NCBI GenBank assembly: GCA_043827405.1
Contig: JBDRPD010000087.1
Span: forward strand, 32,001 to 96,000
Direction: 5' to 3'
Source: Elusimicrobiota bacterium
GTDB taxonomy: Bacteria > Elusimicrobiota > Elusimicrobia > UBA1565
DNA length: 64,000 nt
A program made the position numbers and the translations under genes. How positions within the stretch are numbered: position 1 is the first letter of the stretch; each line of letters starts with the position of its first letter. Under the pieces are notes generated by a model. The model made no database searches, was not told the DNA's origin, and saw only the letters and a program-made list of their open reading frames with translations. This document shows, in pieces, positions 49,758 through 59,293 of this stretch.

Positions 49758-50779
49758 CCATGCCGGCGAAGTATCTCGACATGGAGCTGCGCATCTCGCC
49801 GCACGGCAAGCGCCCCGTCGACACCGTCGCCATTATGCGCACCGTGGTGCTGGCCCTGCTCCCGGTCGCCGCCGCCGCCGTATACATCTTCGGCGCCGGC
49901 GCGCTGCTGCTGCTGCTGAGCACCGTCGCCTCCTGCCTCGCGGCGGAAGCCGCCGCCTGCCGGGTGAGCGGCCGCGCCTCTTCGCTGCCGGACTACTCCG
50001 CAGTCATCACCGGCCTGCTCCTCGGCCTGACTTTGCCGCCCGGTTTTCCGTTATGGATGGCGGCGGTCGGCGGCTTTGTCTCCATCGGGCTGGGCAAAAC
50101 CCTGTTCGGCGGCCTAGGCTTCAATATCTTTAATCCCGCGCTGGTCGGCCGCGCCTTCCTGCAGGCGGCCTTTCCGGTCGCCATCACCAGCTGGTCGCCG
50201 GTCCTGTCCGCGGCCCGCTTCCGGAGCCTGCCGCCGGGGACGCTGACAGTGCCGTTCACGCACCCGACCGCCGACGCCTTCTCCGGCGCCACCCCTCTGG
50301 CGGCGATGAAGTTCGACCATGCGGCGGCGCCGCTGGGCGACCTGCTCTTCGGCGGCGTGCCGGGCTCAATGGGCGAGACCTGCGCCGCGGTTATCCTGCT
50401 CTGCGGCCTCTACCTGGCGCTGCGCCGGATGCTGGACTGGCGCATCCCGGCCGGCATCTTCACCGCGGTCATCGTGACCAGCGCGATGGTGCGCCTGATC
50501 GTCCCCTCCGCGCCGACGCCCGGATTCATGCTGCTCTCGGGAGGCCTCATGCTGGGCGCGGTATTTATGGCGACGGACATGGTCACCTCCCCCGTCACCT
50601 CCCGCGGCGTATGGCTCTACGCCGGCCTCATCGGCATGCTGGTCGTCATCATCCGCGTCTGGGGCGGCCTGCCGGAGGGCGTGATGTACGCCATCCTTAT
50701 CGGCAACGCCGTGACGCCGGGACTCAACCGCATCACCCAGCCCAGAGTTTACGGGACCTCGTGCAGGAGCGTGAAGTGA
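49754..50779 (+). CDS. rnfD: Rnf complex subunit D
   Basis: SPH, FGGLGFNIFNPAL, SGATPL (FMN-Thr), GSMGET and FMATD motifs. Confidence 0.95.
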   Translation: MTMPAKYLDMELRISPHGKRPVDTVAIMRTVVLALLPVAAAAVYIFGAGALLLLLSTVASCLAAEAAACRVSGRASSLPDYSAVITGLLLGLTLPPGFPLWMAAVGGFVSIGLGKTLFGGLGFNIFNPALVGRAFLQAAFPVAITSWSPVLSAARFRSLPPGTLTVPFTHPTADAFSGATPLAAMKFDHAAAPLGDLLFGGVPGSMGETCAAVILLCGLYLALRRMLDWRIPAGIFTAVIVTSAMVRLIVPSAPTPGFMLLSGGLMLGAVFMATDMVTSPVTSRGVWLYAGLIGMLVVIIRVWGGLPEGVMYAILIGNAVTPGLNRITQPRVYGTSCRSVK

Positions 50780-51432
50780 AAGGCAAGAGCGCGGAGATGA
50801 TCGGCGTCCTCACGGGAGTCGCGACGATCTGCGGCGTCCTCATCGTCGGCGCCTACCAGACCACTTTACCGCTGATCAACGCCAATAAGGCGGCCTACCT
50901 CAAAGCGGCCGTCTTCAAGGTCATCCCGGGCGCGGTGAAGACCGCCGCCTTCACTGTGGACGCCGACGGCAGCTTGACCCCGGCGGGCGAAGGGCAGCCG
51001 GCCGCGGCCCATGCGGTTTATGACGAGAACGGCGGCCTCCTCGGCATCGCCCTGGAGGCCAGCGGCCAGGGCTTCCAGGAAATCATCCGGGTGCTCTACG
51101 GCTATTCGCCGGCGCAGCGCGCGGTCGTCGGCTTCATGGTGCTGGAAAGCAAAGAGACGCCGGGGCTCGGCGACAAGATCGAGAAAGACCCCGCCTTCCT
51201 GGCGAATTTCAACGCCCTCGACGTCGCCCTGGACGCCGGCGGCGACCAGCTCGCGCACCCGATCACGGTGGTAAAGCCCGGCAAGAAGACCTCGGCCTGG
51301 GAGATCGATGCGATCTCCGGGGCGACGATCTCCTCTAAAGCCATCGGCCGCCTGCTCGATGAAAGCACCCGCGTGAAGATTCCCCTGGTGCACCGGAACC
51401 TGCAGCGGCTTAAGGAAGGCGCCGGCGGATGA
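50776..51432 (+). CDS. rnfG: Rnf complex subunit G
   Basis: N-terminal TM, ETPGLGDKI and DAISGATISS (FMN-Thr); GTGA overlap. Confidence 0.93.
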   Translation: MKGKSAEMIGVLTGVATICGVLIVGAYQTTLPLINANKAAYLKAAVFKVIPGAVKTAAFTVDADGSLTPAGEGQPAAAHAVYDENGGLLGIALEASGQGFQEIIRVLYGYSPAQRAVVGFMVLESKETPGLGDKIEKDPAFLANFNALDVALDAGGDQLAHPITVVKPGKKTSAWEIDAISGATISSKAIGRLLDESTRVKIPLVHRNLQRLKEGAGG

Positions 51433-52037
51433 GCGAAAAGAACGCGGACGTATTCCTTAAGAAGCTGTGGGAGGAAAACCCCGTCTTCGTGCATCTCCTC
51501 GGCATGTGCCCGACGCTGGCGGTGTCCAACTCAGTGATCAACGCGCTGGCGATGGGGCTGGCCACGCTGTTCGTGCTCGTAATGTCGAGCATGCTGATCT
51601 CCATGCTGCGCCGGCTGATCCCCAAGCAGGTGCGCATCGCCACCTTCATCATGATCATCGCCACCTTTGTCACCCTGGCCGAGTACGTCATCCAGGCGGT
51701 CAGCCTCGAGATCCACAAGAGCCTCGGCGCCTTCATCTCGCTGATCGTCGTCAACTGCATCATTCTGGGGCGCGCCGAGTCCTTCGCCTACAAAAAACCG
51801 GTCATCCCGTCGATCCTCGACGCCCTCGGCACCGGCATCGGCTTCACTCTGGCCATCCTGGCCATGGGCTCGATCCGCGAAATCCTCGGCTCGGGCTCTT
51901 TCGCCGGCGTCCCGCTGTTCGGGCCGTCGTTTGAGCCCTGGGTCGTCATGATCCTGCCGGGCGGCGGCTTCTTCGTCCTCGGCCTGCTGCTGCTGGCCGT
52001 CAATAAAATCAACCTGCTCCGGGGGAAGAAGCAATGA
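51429..52037 (+). CDS. rnfE: Rnf complex subunit E
   Basis: ENPV, GMCPTLAV, IVVNCIILGRAE and PGGGFF motifs. Confidence 0.95.
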   Translation: MSEKNADVFLKKLWEENPVFVHLLGMCPTLAVSNSVINALAMGLATLFVLVMSSMLISMLRRLIPKQVRIATFIMIIATFVTLAEYVIQAVSLEIHKSLGAFISLIVVNCIILGRAESFAYKKPVIPSILDALGTGIGFTLAILAMGSIREILGSGSFAGVPLFGPSFEPWVVMILPGGGFFVLGLLLLAVNKINLLRGKKQ

Positions 52038-52621
52038 ACAGCGATCCCCTGTGGCTGATCTTCGTCAACGCCTGCTTCGTCAATAACTTCGTGCTGGCCT
52101 ACTTCCTCGGCATCTGCCCCTTCCTCGGCGTATCCGGGAAGCTCGAAACAGCGAGCCGCATGGGCATCGCCGTCACCTTCGTGATGCTGGTCAGCTCGAC
52201 CTGCGCCTTCGGCATCCACACCTTCCTGGTGCGCATCGACGCGCAGTATCTGCAGCTGATCGCCTATATCGCCGTGATCGCCTCCTCGGTGCAGCTGGTC
52301 GAAATGTTCATCAAGAAGTTCAGCCCGGCGCTGTTCCGGGCGCTCGGAATTTTCCTGCCGCTGATCACGACCAACTGCGCTATCCTCGGCCTGGCGCTCT
52401 TCCAGACCAGCCGCGCCTACAGTCTGCCGCAGTCGCTGGCCTTCGCGGTCGGCGCCGGCGCCGGCTTCACCCTCGCCCTGGTGATCATGGCGGGGATACG
52501 CGAGGAGCTCGAGCTCGCGGACGTCCCCGACGTGGTCCGCGGCGCCGCGATCACGCTGATGATCGCGGGCGTGCTGTCTTTGGCGTTCATGGGCTTCGCC
52601 GGACTCGGAGGCGGAGCATGA
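52034..52621 (+). CDS. rnfA: Rnf complex subunit A
   Basis: NNFVL, GICPFLG, LPLITTNCAILG and AFMGF motifs. Confidence 0.95.
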   Translation: MNSDPLWLIFVNACFVNNFVLAYFLGICPFLGVSGKLETASRMGIAVTFVMLVSSTCAFGIHTFLVRIDAQYLQLIAYIAVIASSVQLVEMFIKKFSPALFRALGIFLPLITTNCAILGLALFQTSRAYSLPQSLAFAVGAGAGFTLALVIMAGIREELELADVPDVVRGAAITLMIAGVLSLAFMGFAGLGGGA

Positions 52622-52773
52622 TCCGCGACCTCCTCATCGCTATCGGCGGCATCGCGGTCTTATCGATTTTTTGGGTCGTCGTCGAACACCTGCGCTGTTC
52701 CGTCATCGGCCGCCCCGCATCCTCATGCGCGGGCTGCCCGGACACGGACTGCGGGAAGCAACCAATCCCATGA
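52618..52773 (+). CDS. 51-aa membrane-anchored Cys-rich protein, absent from the ORF track
   Basis: MIRDLLIAIGGIAVLSIFWVVVEHLRCSVIGRPASSCAGCPDTDCGKQPIP; ATGA overlap with the rnfA stop, fills the gap to the next gene. Confidence 0.7.
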   Translation: MIRDLLIAIGGIAVLSIFWVVVEHLRCSVIGRPASSCAGCPDTDCGKQPIP

Positions 52774-52786
52774 AAGGACGGGCGCA

Positions 52787-54703
52787 ATGAAAAAACCACG
52801 CAAGATCAGGAAAGAAGAACACATCGTTGAGATTGTCAGCGACGCCGGCGAGGGCGCGCAAAAGGCCGCCGTGGCTTTCGCCCAGACCTGCGCCCGGATG
52901 GGCAACGGCCTGTGGACGGTCGAGATCATCCCCTCGGAGATCCAGCCGCCGCCGCATACCACCGGCAGCGCCAGCGGCAACCGCATCCGCCTGTCCGAAA
53001 AGCCGCTGGTAACCAATGCCGGCGACAAGGCGAATTTGGTCCTGGCCTTCAACGAGATGGCTTTCCTATCACGCATCGAAGCCAACTCGGTGGCCGACGA
53101 CGTCATCCTGGTCATCGACAGCATGTGGGCCGAGCACGACGACCCGGAAATCCGCAAGAACTACGCCCAGATCACCGAGGACGTGCGCCAGAAGGGCGGC
53201 ACGGTCCTGGAGATCCCGTTCGAGAAAGAGACCCTAAAGATCGTGGAAGACCCGCGGCGCGGCAAGAACATGTTCGCCTACGGCTTCCTCTGCGCCCTCT
53301 ACTGCCGCGACAAGGAAGTGATGCTCGAGGTGGTAAAGACGACCTTCGGCAAAAAATCGCAAAAAGTGATCGACACCAACGTCGCCCTGGCCGACAAGGG
53401 CTACCAGTACGGAGAGGAGCACCTGGAGTACCAGTTCGAGATCCTCGCCAAGCCCTCCGACAAGCAAATGGTGGCGATGAACGGCAACCTCGCGATCGCG
53501 CTGGGCGCGATCGCCGCCGGCTACGAGATGTGCTCGATGTATCCGATCACGCCGGCGACCTCGGCCTCGCACTTCCTGTCCGACATCTTCGAGGACCTGG
53601 GCGGCTTCGTGCACCAGGCCGAAGACGAGATCGCCGCCATCGGCGTGGCCATCGGCGCCTCTTATGCCGGCAAGGCGGCCATCACCATCACCTCGGGCCC
53701 GGGCATGGCGCTCAAAACCGAGTTCCAGGGCCTGGCCGTCATGACCGAAACGCCGCTGGTCATCGTCGACGTACAGCGCGGCGGACCGAGCACCGGCCTG
53801 CCGACAAAGATCGAGCAGGGCGATCTCTTGTCCTCGATCTTCGGCACCCCGGGAGACGCCCCCAAGGTGGTCTTGGCCGCGAGCAACATCGAGGACTGCT
53901 TCTACATCCTGGCAACGGCGCGCAAGATCTCCGAAGAGTTTCGGACTCTGGTTATCGTCCTGACCGACGCCAACCTGGCCACCGGCCAGCAGATCTTCCA
54001 GCGGCCGGAGCTCTCCGAGGCGACCCTGCCGCCGCCGATGGACCTCAACCCCGTCCCCAAGGGGACTTTGCCTTTCGACTGGGACGAAAAGACCGGCCTG
54101 TCGCGGCGGCTGATCCCGGGCCAGGCCAACGGCATGTCGGTGATCACCACGCTCAACCACGCAAAGGACGGCAAGGCCTGCTACGACTACGAGAGCAACC
54201 AGCACGGCCACCGCATGCGCAGCCGCAAGCTGGCCACCCTGCAGAAGACGCTCAAGACCCCGCCGATCTACGGACCGGACGAGGGCGACCTGCTGATCGT
54301 CGGCTGGGGCAGCACGCGCGGCGCGATCGAGGAGGCGGTGGACCGGGCGCAGGCGGAAGGCTACCACGTGTCTTCGATGAACATCCAGTTCCTCAACCCG
54401 CTGCCGTCGGGGCTCAAGCAGGCCTTCTCGCGCTTCGATAAGGTGATGACGATCGAGCTCAACTACAGCGACGACGCGGACGATCCGGAGATCACCGCGG
54501 AAAACCGCCGCTACAGCCAGCTCTGCCTGCTGCTGCGCGCGAATACGCTCATGGATATCGACACCTGGTCCCGCGTACCGGGCCGGCCCTTCATGCCCTT
54601 TGAGCTGACGGAAGTGATTCGACATGAGCTGGGCGAACCGAGGAAGCCCGGTGAGGAACGCAAGAAGAAACCCAAGCAGACCGCGGTACGAGGTGCGAAA
54701 TGA
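52787..54703 (+). CDS. korA: 2-oxoacid:ferredoxin oxidoreductase alpha subunit (gamma-alpha fusion, KorA-like)
   Basis: YPITP, AEDEIAA, TSGPG, QRGGPSTGLPT and GWGST motifs. Confidence 0.9.
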   Translation: MKKPRKIRKEEHIVEIVSDAGEGAQKAAVAFAQTCARMGNGLWTVEIIPSEIQPPPHTTGSASGNRIRLSEKPLVTNAGDKANLVLAFNEMAFLSRIEANSVADDVILVIDSMWAEHDDPEIRKNYAQITEDVRQKGGTVLEIPFEKETLKIVEDPRRGKNMFAYGFLCALYCRDKEVMLEVVKTTFGKKSQKVIDTNVALADKGYQYGEEHLEYQFEILAKPSDKQMVAMNGNLAIALGAIAAGYEMCSMYPITPATSASHFLSDIFEDLGGFVHQAEDEIAAIGVAIGASYAGKAAITITSGPGMALKTEFQGLAVMTETPLVIVDVQRGGPSTGLPTKIEQGDLLSSIFGTPGDAPKVVLAASNIEDCFYILATARKISEEFRTLVIVLTDANLATGQQIFQRPELSEATLPPPMDLNPVPKGTLPFDWDEKTGLSRRLIPGQANGMSVITTLNHAKDGKACYDYESNQHGHRMRSRKLATLQKTLKTPPIYGPDEGDLLIVGWGSTRGAIEEAVDRAQAEGYHVSSMNIQFLNPLPSGLKQAFSRFDKVMTIELNYSDDADDPEITAENRRYSQLCLLLRANTLMDIDTWSRVPGRPFMPFELTEVIRHELGEPRKPGEERKKKPKQTAVRGAK

Positions 54704-55668
54704 CCCCCCTGAATATCGAAGAACTGGTAGAGAAAGACTGCGCCACCAAGAACTACAAGCTCGAGGACTACGAGGCGCCTTATCCGGCACGCTGGTGCAA
54801 AGGCTGCGGCGACTTCGGCGTTCTGACGGCCATCCAGAAAGTGCTGCGCGACGCCAATATGGCTCCGGAAAACGTGGTCTGCTGCTCGGGCATCGGCTGC
54901 TCCAGCCGCCTGCCCCACTACCTGAAGACCTACGGCTTCCACGGCATCCACGGCCGGGCGCTGACGCTGTCGACCGGCGTATCGCTGGCCCGGCCGGACC
55001 TGAAAGTCATCACCATCATGGGCGACGGCGACTGCTTCTCGATCGGCGGCAACCACTGGCTGCACGCGATCCGCTACAACGTGGATCTCACGGTCCTGGT
55101 GCTCGACAACGAGGTCTACGCCCTGACCAAGAAGCAGGCATCGCCCACGACGCCCCAAGGCGGGATAACCAATACGACGCCGCGCGGCTCGTATCTCAAG
55201 CCGCTCAATCCCATCAGCACCATGATGGGAATCGCCAATGTCTCATTTTTGGCGCAGACGGCGACGTGGTTTCCGACGCACCTGGAAGCGACCATCCAGA
55301 AGGCCTGGAAGCACAAAGGCCTGTCCTTCGTGCGCGTGCTGCAGCGCTGCCCGGCGTACATGCCAGCCGCCTTCGGCAACGGCGGCCTGCAGTATCCGGC
55401 CGCCTTCCTCAAAAACGACAACGGCATACCGTTTGACGCCGACGACGCGGCCGCCGCCAAGGTGCAGGAGCATGACCAGCACGACCTCAACATGGCCCTG
55501 CGCGTCGCGGCCGTCACCGATCCGGCGCCCATGGGACTCATCTACTGGAACCCCGATCTGCCGACGTACAACGAAACGCGGCTGTCGCGCGTGCGCAAGC
55601 ATGACCGCAAGACGCTGCTGGCCCGGCTCGACGGGGAGCTGGATAAATACGCCGTAAAACGCAAGTAG
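54700..55668 (+). CDS. korB: 2-oxoacid:ferredoxin oxidoreductase beta subunit (KorB-like)
   Basis: WCKGCGD, GIGC, HGIHGR, GDGD..DN TPP motif and QRCP. Confidence 0.9.
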   Translation: MTPLNIEELVEKDCATKNYKLEDYEAPYPARWCKGCGDFGVLTAIQKVLRDANMAPENVVCCSGIGCSSRLPHYLKTYGFHGIHGRALTLSTGVSLARPDLKVITIMGDGDCFSIGGNHWLHAIRYNVDLTVLVLDNEVYALTKKQASPTTPQGGITNTTPRGSYLKPLNPISTMMGIANVSFLAQTATWFPTHLEATIQKAWKHKGLSFVRVLQRCPAYMPAAFGNGGLQYPAAFLKNDNGIPFDADDAAAAKVQEHDQHDLNMALRVAAVTDPAPMGLIYWNPDLPTYNETRLSRVRKHDRKTLLARLDGELDKYAVKRK

Positions 55669-55675
55669 GCCCAAA

Positions 55676-57490
55676 ATGAAACAGCAGGAAGTCACCCAAC
55701 AAATCGAAACGTGCTCAGAGCACGCGCAGGCGGACCTGATGGAACGCCTGCATACGGCGCACCGCGAGATCGACGACCTTCTGACGCTCGAAGAGCATCA
55801 CCGCACCGGACATCAGAGCGAGAGGCTGCAGACCTCGATGCGCGGCTTCGGCGACGGAGTCCTCGACACCCGGGCCCTCTCCGCGGTCCTCGACCAAGGC
55901 GACGAGAGCCGGCGCATGAACAAGGACCGCCACCAGCGCATCCTCAAGGTGCGCGACGAGCTCAAGGCCCTCATCGAGAGCTACGAGAAGAGTCCGCCCA
56001 AGCCGGCGACCATGCCGCTGGGCGCCGATGCCGACGCGATCCTCAAGCGCGCAGAGGACCATCTCAACAAGATGGCCAAGGCCTTCCGCCTGATACGGAT
56101 CGTGCGCCTCGAGGTCCGCGCCCAGTACCAGAAGGAGCTCCACGATCCGTTCTTCAAGCGCTTCAACTGGGAGCATCTGAGCAACGACGAAGTCGCCCTC
56201 TGCCCGCCTTTCCTCGTGACGGACGAGCCGGCGGGAGAGCTCGACATCGCCAAGGTGCTGCACCTCATCTCCAGCGGCCGCCCGGTAAAGCTGCTGCTGC
56301 TGCGCACCGAACTGCGCAAGCGGCCGGGGACCACCGGCCGCTCGTCGGCGCTGCAATGCGTAATGGATCTGGAAATGCTGCCGGTCGCCATGCGCGGCGT
56401 CTACTTCATCCAGACCACGACCGCCCGCCAGGACCTCGACGCCCTGCTGGAGGCGGGGCTTCGCTCACCCCGGCCGGCGCTGTTCTCGCTGTTCGGCGCC
56501 GACGCCGCGCACGAGAACGGCTTTCGCACCCGCGCCGAGCGGGCGCTGTCCTCAAGGGCCCATCCGCATATCGTATACGACCCCGACCGCTCGCCCCAGT
56601 TCGTCGCCTGCTTTGACCTCTCGGGCAACCCGGCCATGGACCGCAACTGGACCAACGCTCAGCTCGAACACCGCACGGACAAGGGCGACGCCGAGACCCT
56701 GGAACGGGAGTTCACCTTCGCCGACTTCGCGGTGCAGGAAGCCGCGTTTTCGGGCGAGTTCTCGGTGCTGCCCGCCGACCTGGAAGGCCGGGAGCCCGTC
56801 ACGCTGGCGGAATACATCTCCCTGCCCGCCGACCAGCGCAGCGGCAAGCTGCCCTTCGTCTATTCGCTCAACGAAAAGCAGCGCCTCACCAAGCTCGTGC
56901 CTTCGCGCGCCATGATCGTACAGACCGCCGAGCGGCTCAAGCTGTGGCGGGCGCTGCGCGAAATGGCGGGCGTCGAAAACCCCTTCGTCAAGGAAGCCGA
57001 GAAGCGGGTCAAGACCCGCCTCACCGACGAGAAGGAAGCCTCGCTAAAGGAGCTGCAGGGCCGCATGGAGACGCAGATCGCGGCCCGGCAGAAGGAGGCG
57101 GTCACGACGGCGATGCGCAACCTCGCCCGCCAGTTGACCGGCCTGGAGGCGCTCGCGCCGGCGCCGGAGACGGCGCCCGCGGCGTCGGCGACCACTGAGG
57201 CCGCGCCGGCCGCCGCCGCGCCGGCCAAGCCGACGGGAACCAGCGACCTGCCGTGGATCCAAAGCAAGAAGTGCACGACCTGCGACGAATGCACCAATAT
57301 CAATAAAAAGATATTCGCCTATAACGAGAACAAGCAGGCCATCATCGCCGACCCCAAGGGCGGACCTTTCCGGGATATCGTCAAGGCGGCCGAGAAGTGC
57401 TCGGCGCGCATCATCCATCCCGGCAGGCCGCAGGACCCGAGCGAGAAGAACCTCGATAAGTGGGTTAAGAAGGCCGAAGCGTTTCAGTAA
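55676..57490 (+). CDS. PFOR C-terminal-like protein with a C-terminal ferredoxin domain
   Basis: CPPFLV, RPALFSLF, DLSGNP and FTFADFA segments shared with the 44281 protein; CTTCDEC...AAEKC after an Ala/Pro linker. Confidence 0.75.
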   Translation: MKQQEVTQQIETCSEHAQADLMERLHTAHREIDDLLTLEEHHRTGHQSERLQTSMRGFGDGVLDTRALSAVLDQGDESRRMNKDRHQRILKVRDELKALIESYEKSPPKPATMPLGADADAILKRAEDHLNKMAKAFRLIRIVRLEVRAQYQKELHDPFFKRFNWEHLSNDEVALCPPFLVTDEPAGELDIAKVLHLISSGRPVKLLLLRTELRKRPGTTGRSSALQCVMDLEMLPVAMRGVYFIQTTTARQDLDALLEAGLRSPRPALFSLFGADAAHENGFRTRAERALSSRAHPHIVYDPDRSPQFVACFDLSGNPAMDRNWTNAQLEHRTDKGDAETLEREFTFADFAVQEAAFSGEFSVLPADLEGREPVTLAEYISLPADQRSGKLPFVYSLNEKQRLTKLVPSRAMIVQTAERLKLWRALREMAGVENPFVKEAEKRVKTRLTDEKEASLKELQGRMETQIAARQKEAVTTAMRNLARQLTGLEALAPAPETAPAASATTEAAPAAAAPAKPTGTSDLPWIQSKKCTTCDECTNINKKIFAYNENKQAIIADPKGGPFRDIVKAAEKCSARIIHPGRPQDPSEKNLDKWVKKAEAFQ

Positions 57491-57898
57491 TCAGTCGGCG
57501 GGGCCGACGTCGGTGAGGTACGCCTTTTGGATCGCGTCCATTTCGCGCGCGCCATGGCGTTTTAGCGCGGTGAAAAATTCCTGAAGCTCGGCGCAGACAT
57601 CGTCGCCGCCCTTCGCGCAGAGCTCCGTCAGGCGGCCGATCAGCTCGTCGTGTTCTTTATATATGCGGGCGAAGGTGCTGCGCATCTCCGGCGATTCCTG
57701 GGAGAACTCCTCAAACTTCTCGATCGACTCCTCGTACGCGAAGTGCTTGCGCATCAGCTCGCGAAAAACGGCCAGCTCACGGCGGAACTCATCGGACGGC
57801 CCACCGCCGGCCAGCGCCTTTAGGCGCGAGACGACCGTATCGATCTCCGCATGCTGCCGGTCCAGCTCCTGCCTTATCTTTTCGCTTTTCTCGTCCAT
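57491..57898 (-). CDS. Hemerythrin/HHE-domain protein
   Basis: QH, HFAYEE, EH and HGARE motifs in a helical 135-aa protein. Confidence 0.8.
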   Translation of the reverse strand: MDEKSEKIRQELDRQHAEIDTVVSRLKALAGGGPSDEFRRELAVFRELMRKHFAYEESIEKFEEFSQESPEMRSTFARIYKEHDELIGRLTELCAKGGDDVCAELQEFFTALKRHGAREMDAIQKAYLTDVGPAD

Positions 57899-57922
57899 AT
57901 CAGCCCTTAATATTACAGCAAA

Positions 57923-59293
57923 TTAGTACCAGACCAGCCTGAGCCCCAATTGTCCGGCCAGCGCGCGGATACCCCCCTCGGCGGGCGTGCCGCGGTAGGC
58001 GCGGTGCGCGGCCATGCGCTCGACGTCGTCTTTGAGCCGCACTTCGTCAAAAATCTGGACCTCGGGGTTGGTGCGCACGTCCGGGCGCGGCCCGACCCGC
58101 CCGCCGGCCACCCAGCGGAAGAGCTCGAGCAGATTCTCCCGGGGCATGTCGTTAAGGGCATAGGCGGCATTATCGAAGGTCCCCACGGGGACGGTGCCCA
58201 TATTATCGAGCGTGTCGCGCGCGGTCAGAGTCGCGCGCCGCTTGAGGCCGTCTTTTAACACGAAGTAGACGCCTTTCTCACCTTTGCTGTAGTCGGAGTA
58301 GCGCGGCGCGCCGCCGGCGGGATCTTCGGTGACGTTTACGGAAGCGTACTTCGGCCGCTTCTCGGGGGCGGCGCCCGCGAGGCCTTCGAACATTTTATCT
58401 TCCGCCACCGCCCGCTGCTTGGTCGCGATTCCCTGGGTCACGCCGGTCTGCGCGTAGTTCTTGTAGACGCCGTCGGCCATGAAGCCGTCTATGATGGAAC
58501 GGCCGTCGGGCAGCTTCATATTGGGGTCGAAATTGATGGTGAGCTCGGCGTTTTGTACGTGGCTAATAAAATTCTCCATCGCGGCGTCGGCTTCTGCTTT
58601 TGGGAAGTAGGCGTCGATTAGGGCTTCGAGGCTTAGGTCTTGGAGCCGGTTGCTCTCCTTGATCAATTCTTTTTTCCGCTCTTCAGGGACGGTCTTAATT
58701 TGTTCCTGTACGTTCTTGAGCTGGGCGTTGCGGCGCTCGACGGCGATGCTGCGGCGCAAAAATTCTCCGATCTCATTTTGCGCGGCCTGTTCTTTGGTTG
58801 CGGCTTTTTTGTTCGCGGCGGCTACGGGTGCGGGGAGAGTCTTGTTTGCGGAGTCAAAGAGGATGCTGCTTTCATGCGCGGCTTTTATGCCGCTGAGGTC
58901 GCTGAACTTGGCGGACTCTTCGGCGGTTTTTTCCGCTTGGCCGTGGACGCCGGGGTTTTGTTCGGCGTTCGACTGCTCTCTCTTGCCGAAGGTTTTGACG
59001 GGATTTATTGTTTTGGCCGGGATTATGGTGCTGTTGGGTAGTGTTTTGATTTGGGCGGTATTGGTTTGCGGCCCGTTGATCGCCGTATTTACGGTGGGGA
59101 GTACGCCGGGGGCGCCGATGGCCATGTTTAGCGGCTGGATATTGGTTATTCCGCTATTTGTGCTAGTAGCGGCTCCGGCGGCGCCGGTTGGGGTCGCTGC
59201 TTTGCCCGCGGCGGTCCCGAGGCGAATGGCGGCCCCGGCCGGCGGGGCAAAGCAGAGCGCGGCCGTTAGGATGACGCGGCCTATATATTCCAT
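57923..59293 (-). CDS. Secreted protein with a C-terminal DUF3626-like domain
   Basis: Signal peptide and low-complexity linker; TINFDP, YKNYAQTG, RPKYASVN, GGAPRY, RATLT and EVQI..VRL..DVE motif order. Confidence 0.6.
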   Translation of the reverse strand: MEYIGRVILTAALCFAPPAGAAIRLGTAAGKAATPTGAAGAATSTNSGITNIQPLNMAIGAPGVLPTVNTAINGPQTNTAQIKTLPNSTIIPAKTINPVKTFGKREQSNAEQNPGVHGQAEKTAEESAKFSDLSGIKAAHESSILFDSANKTLPAPVAAANKKAATKEQAAQNEIGEFLRRSIAVERRNAQLKNVQEQIKTVPEERKKELIKESNRLQDLSLEALIDAYFPKAEADAAMENFISHVQNAELTINFDPNMKLPDGRSIIDGFMADGVYKNYAQTGVTQGIATKQRAVAEDKMFEGLAGAAPEKRPKYASVNVTEDPAGGAPRYSDYSKGEKGVYFVLKDGLKRRATLTARDTLDNMGTVPVGTFDNAAYALNDMPRENLLELFRWVAGGRVGPRPDVRTNPEVQIFDEVRLKDDVERMAAHRAYRGTPAEGGIRALAGQLGLRLVWY

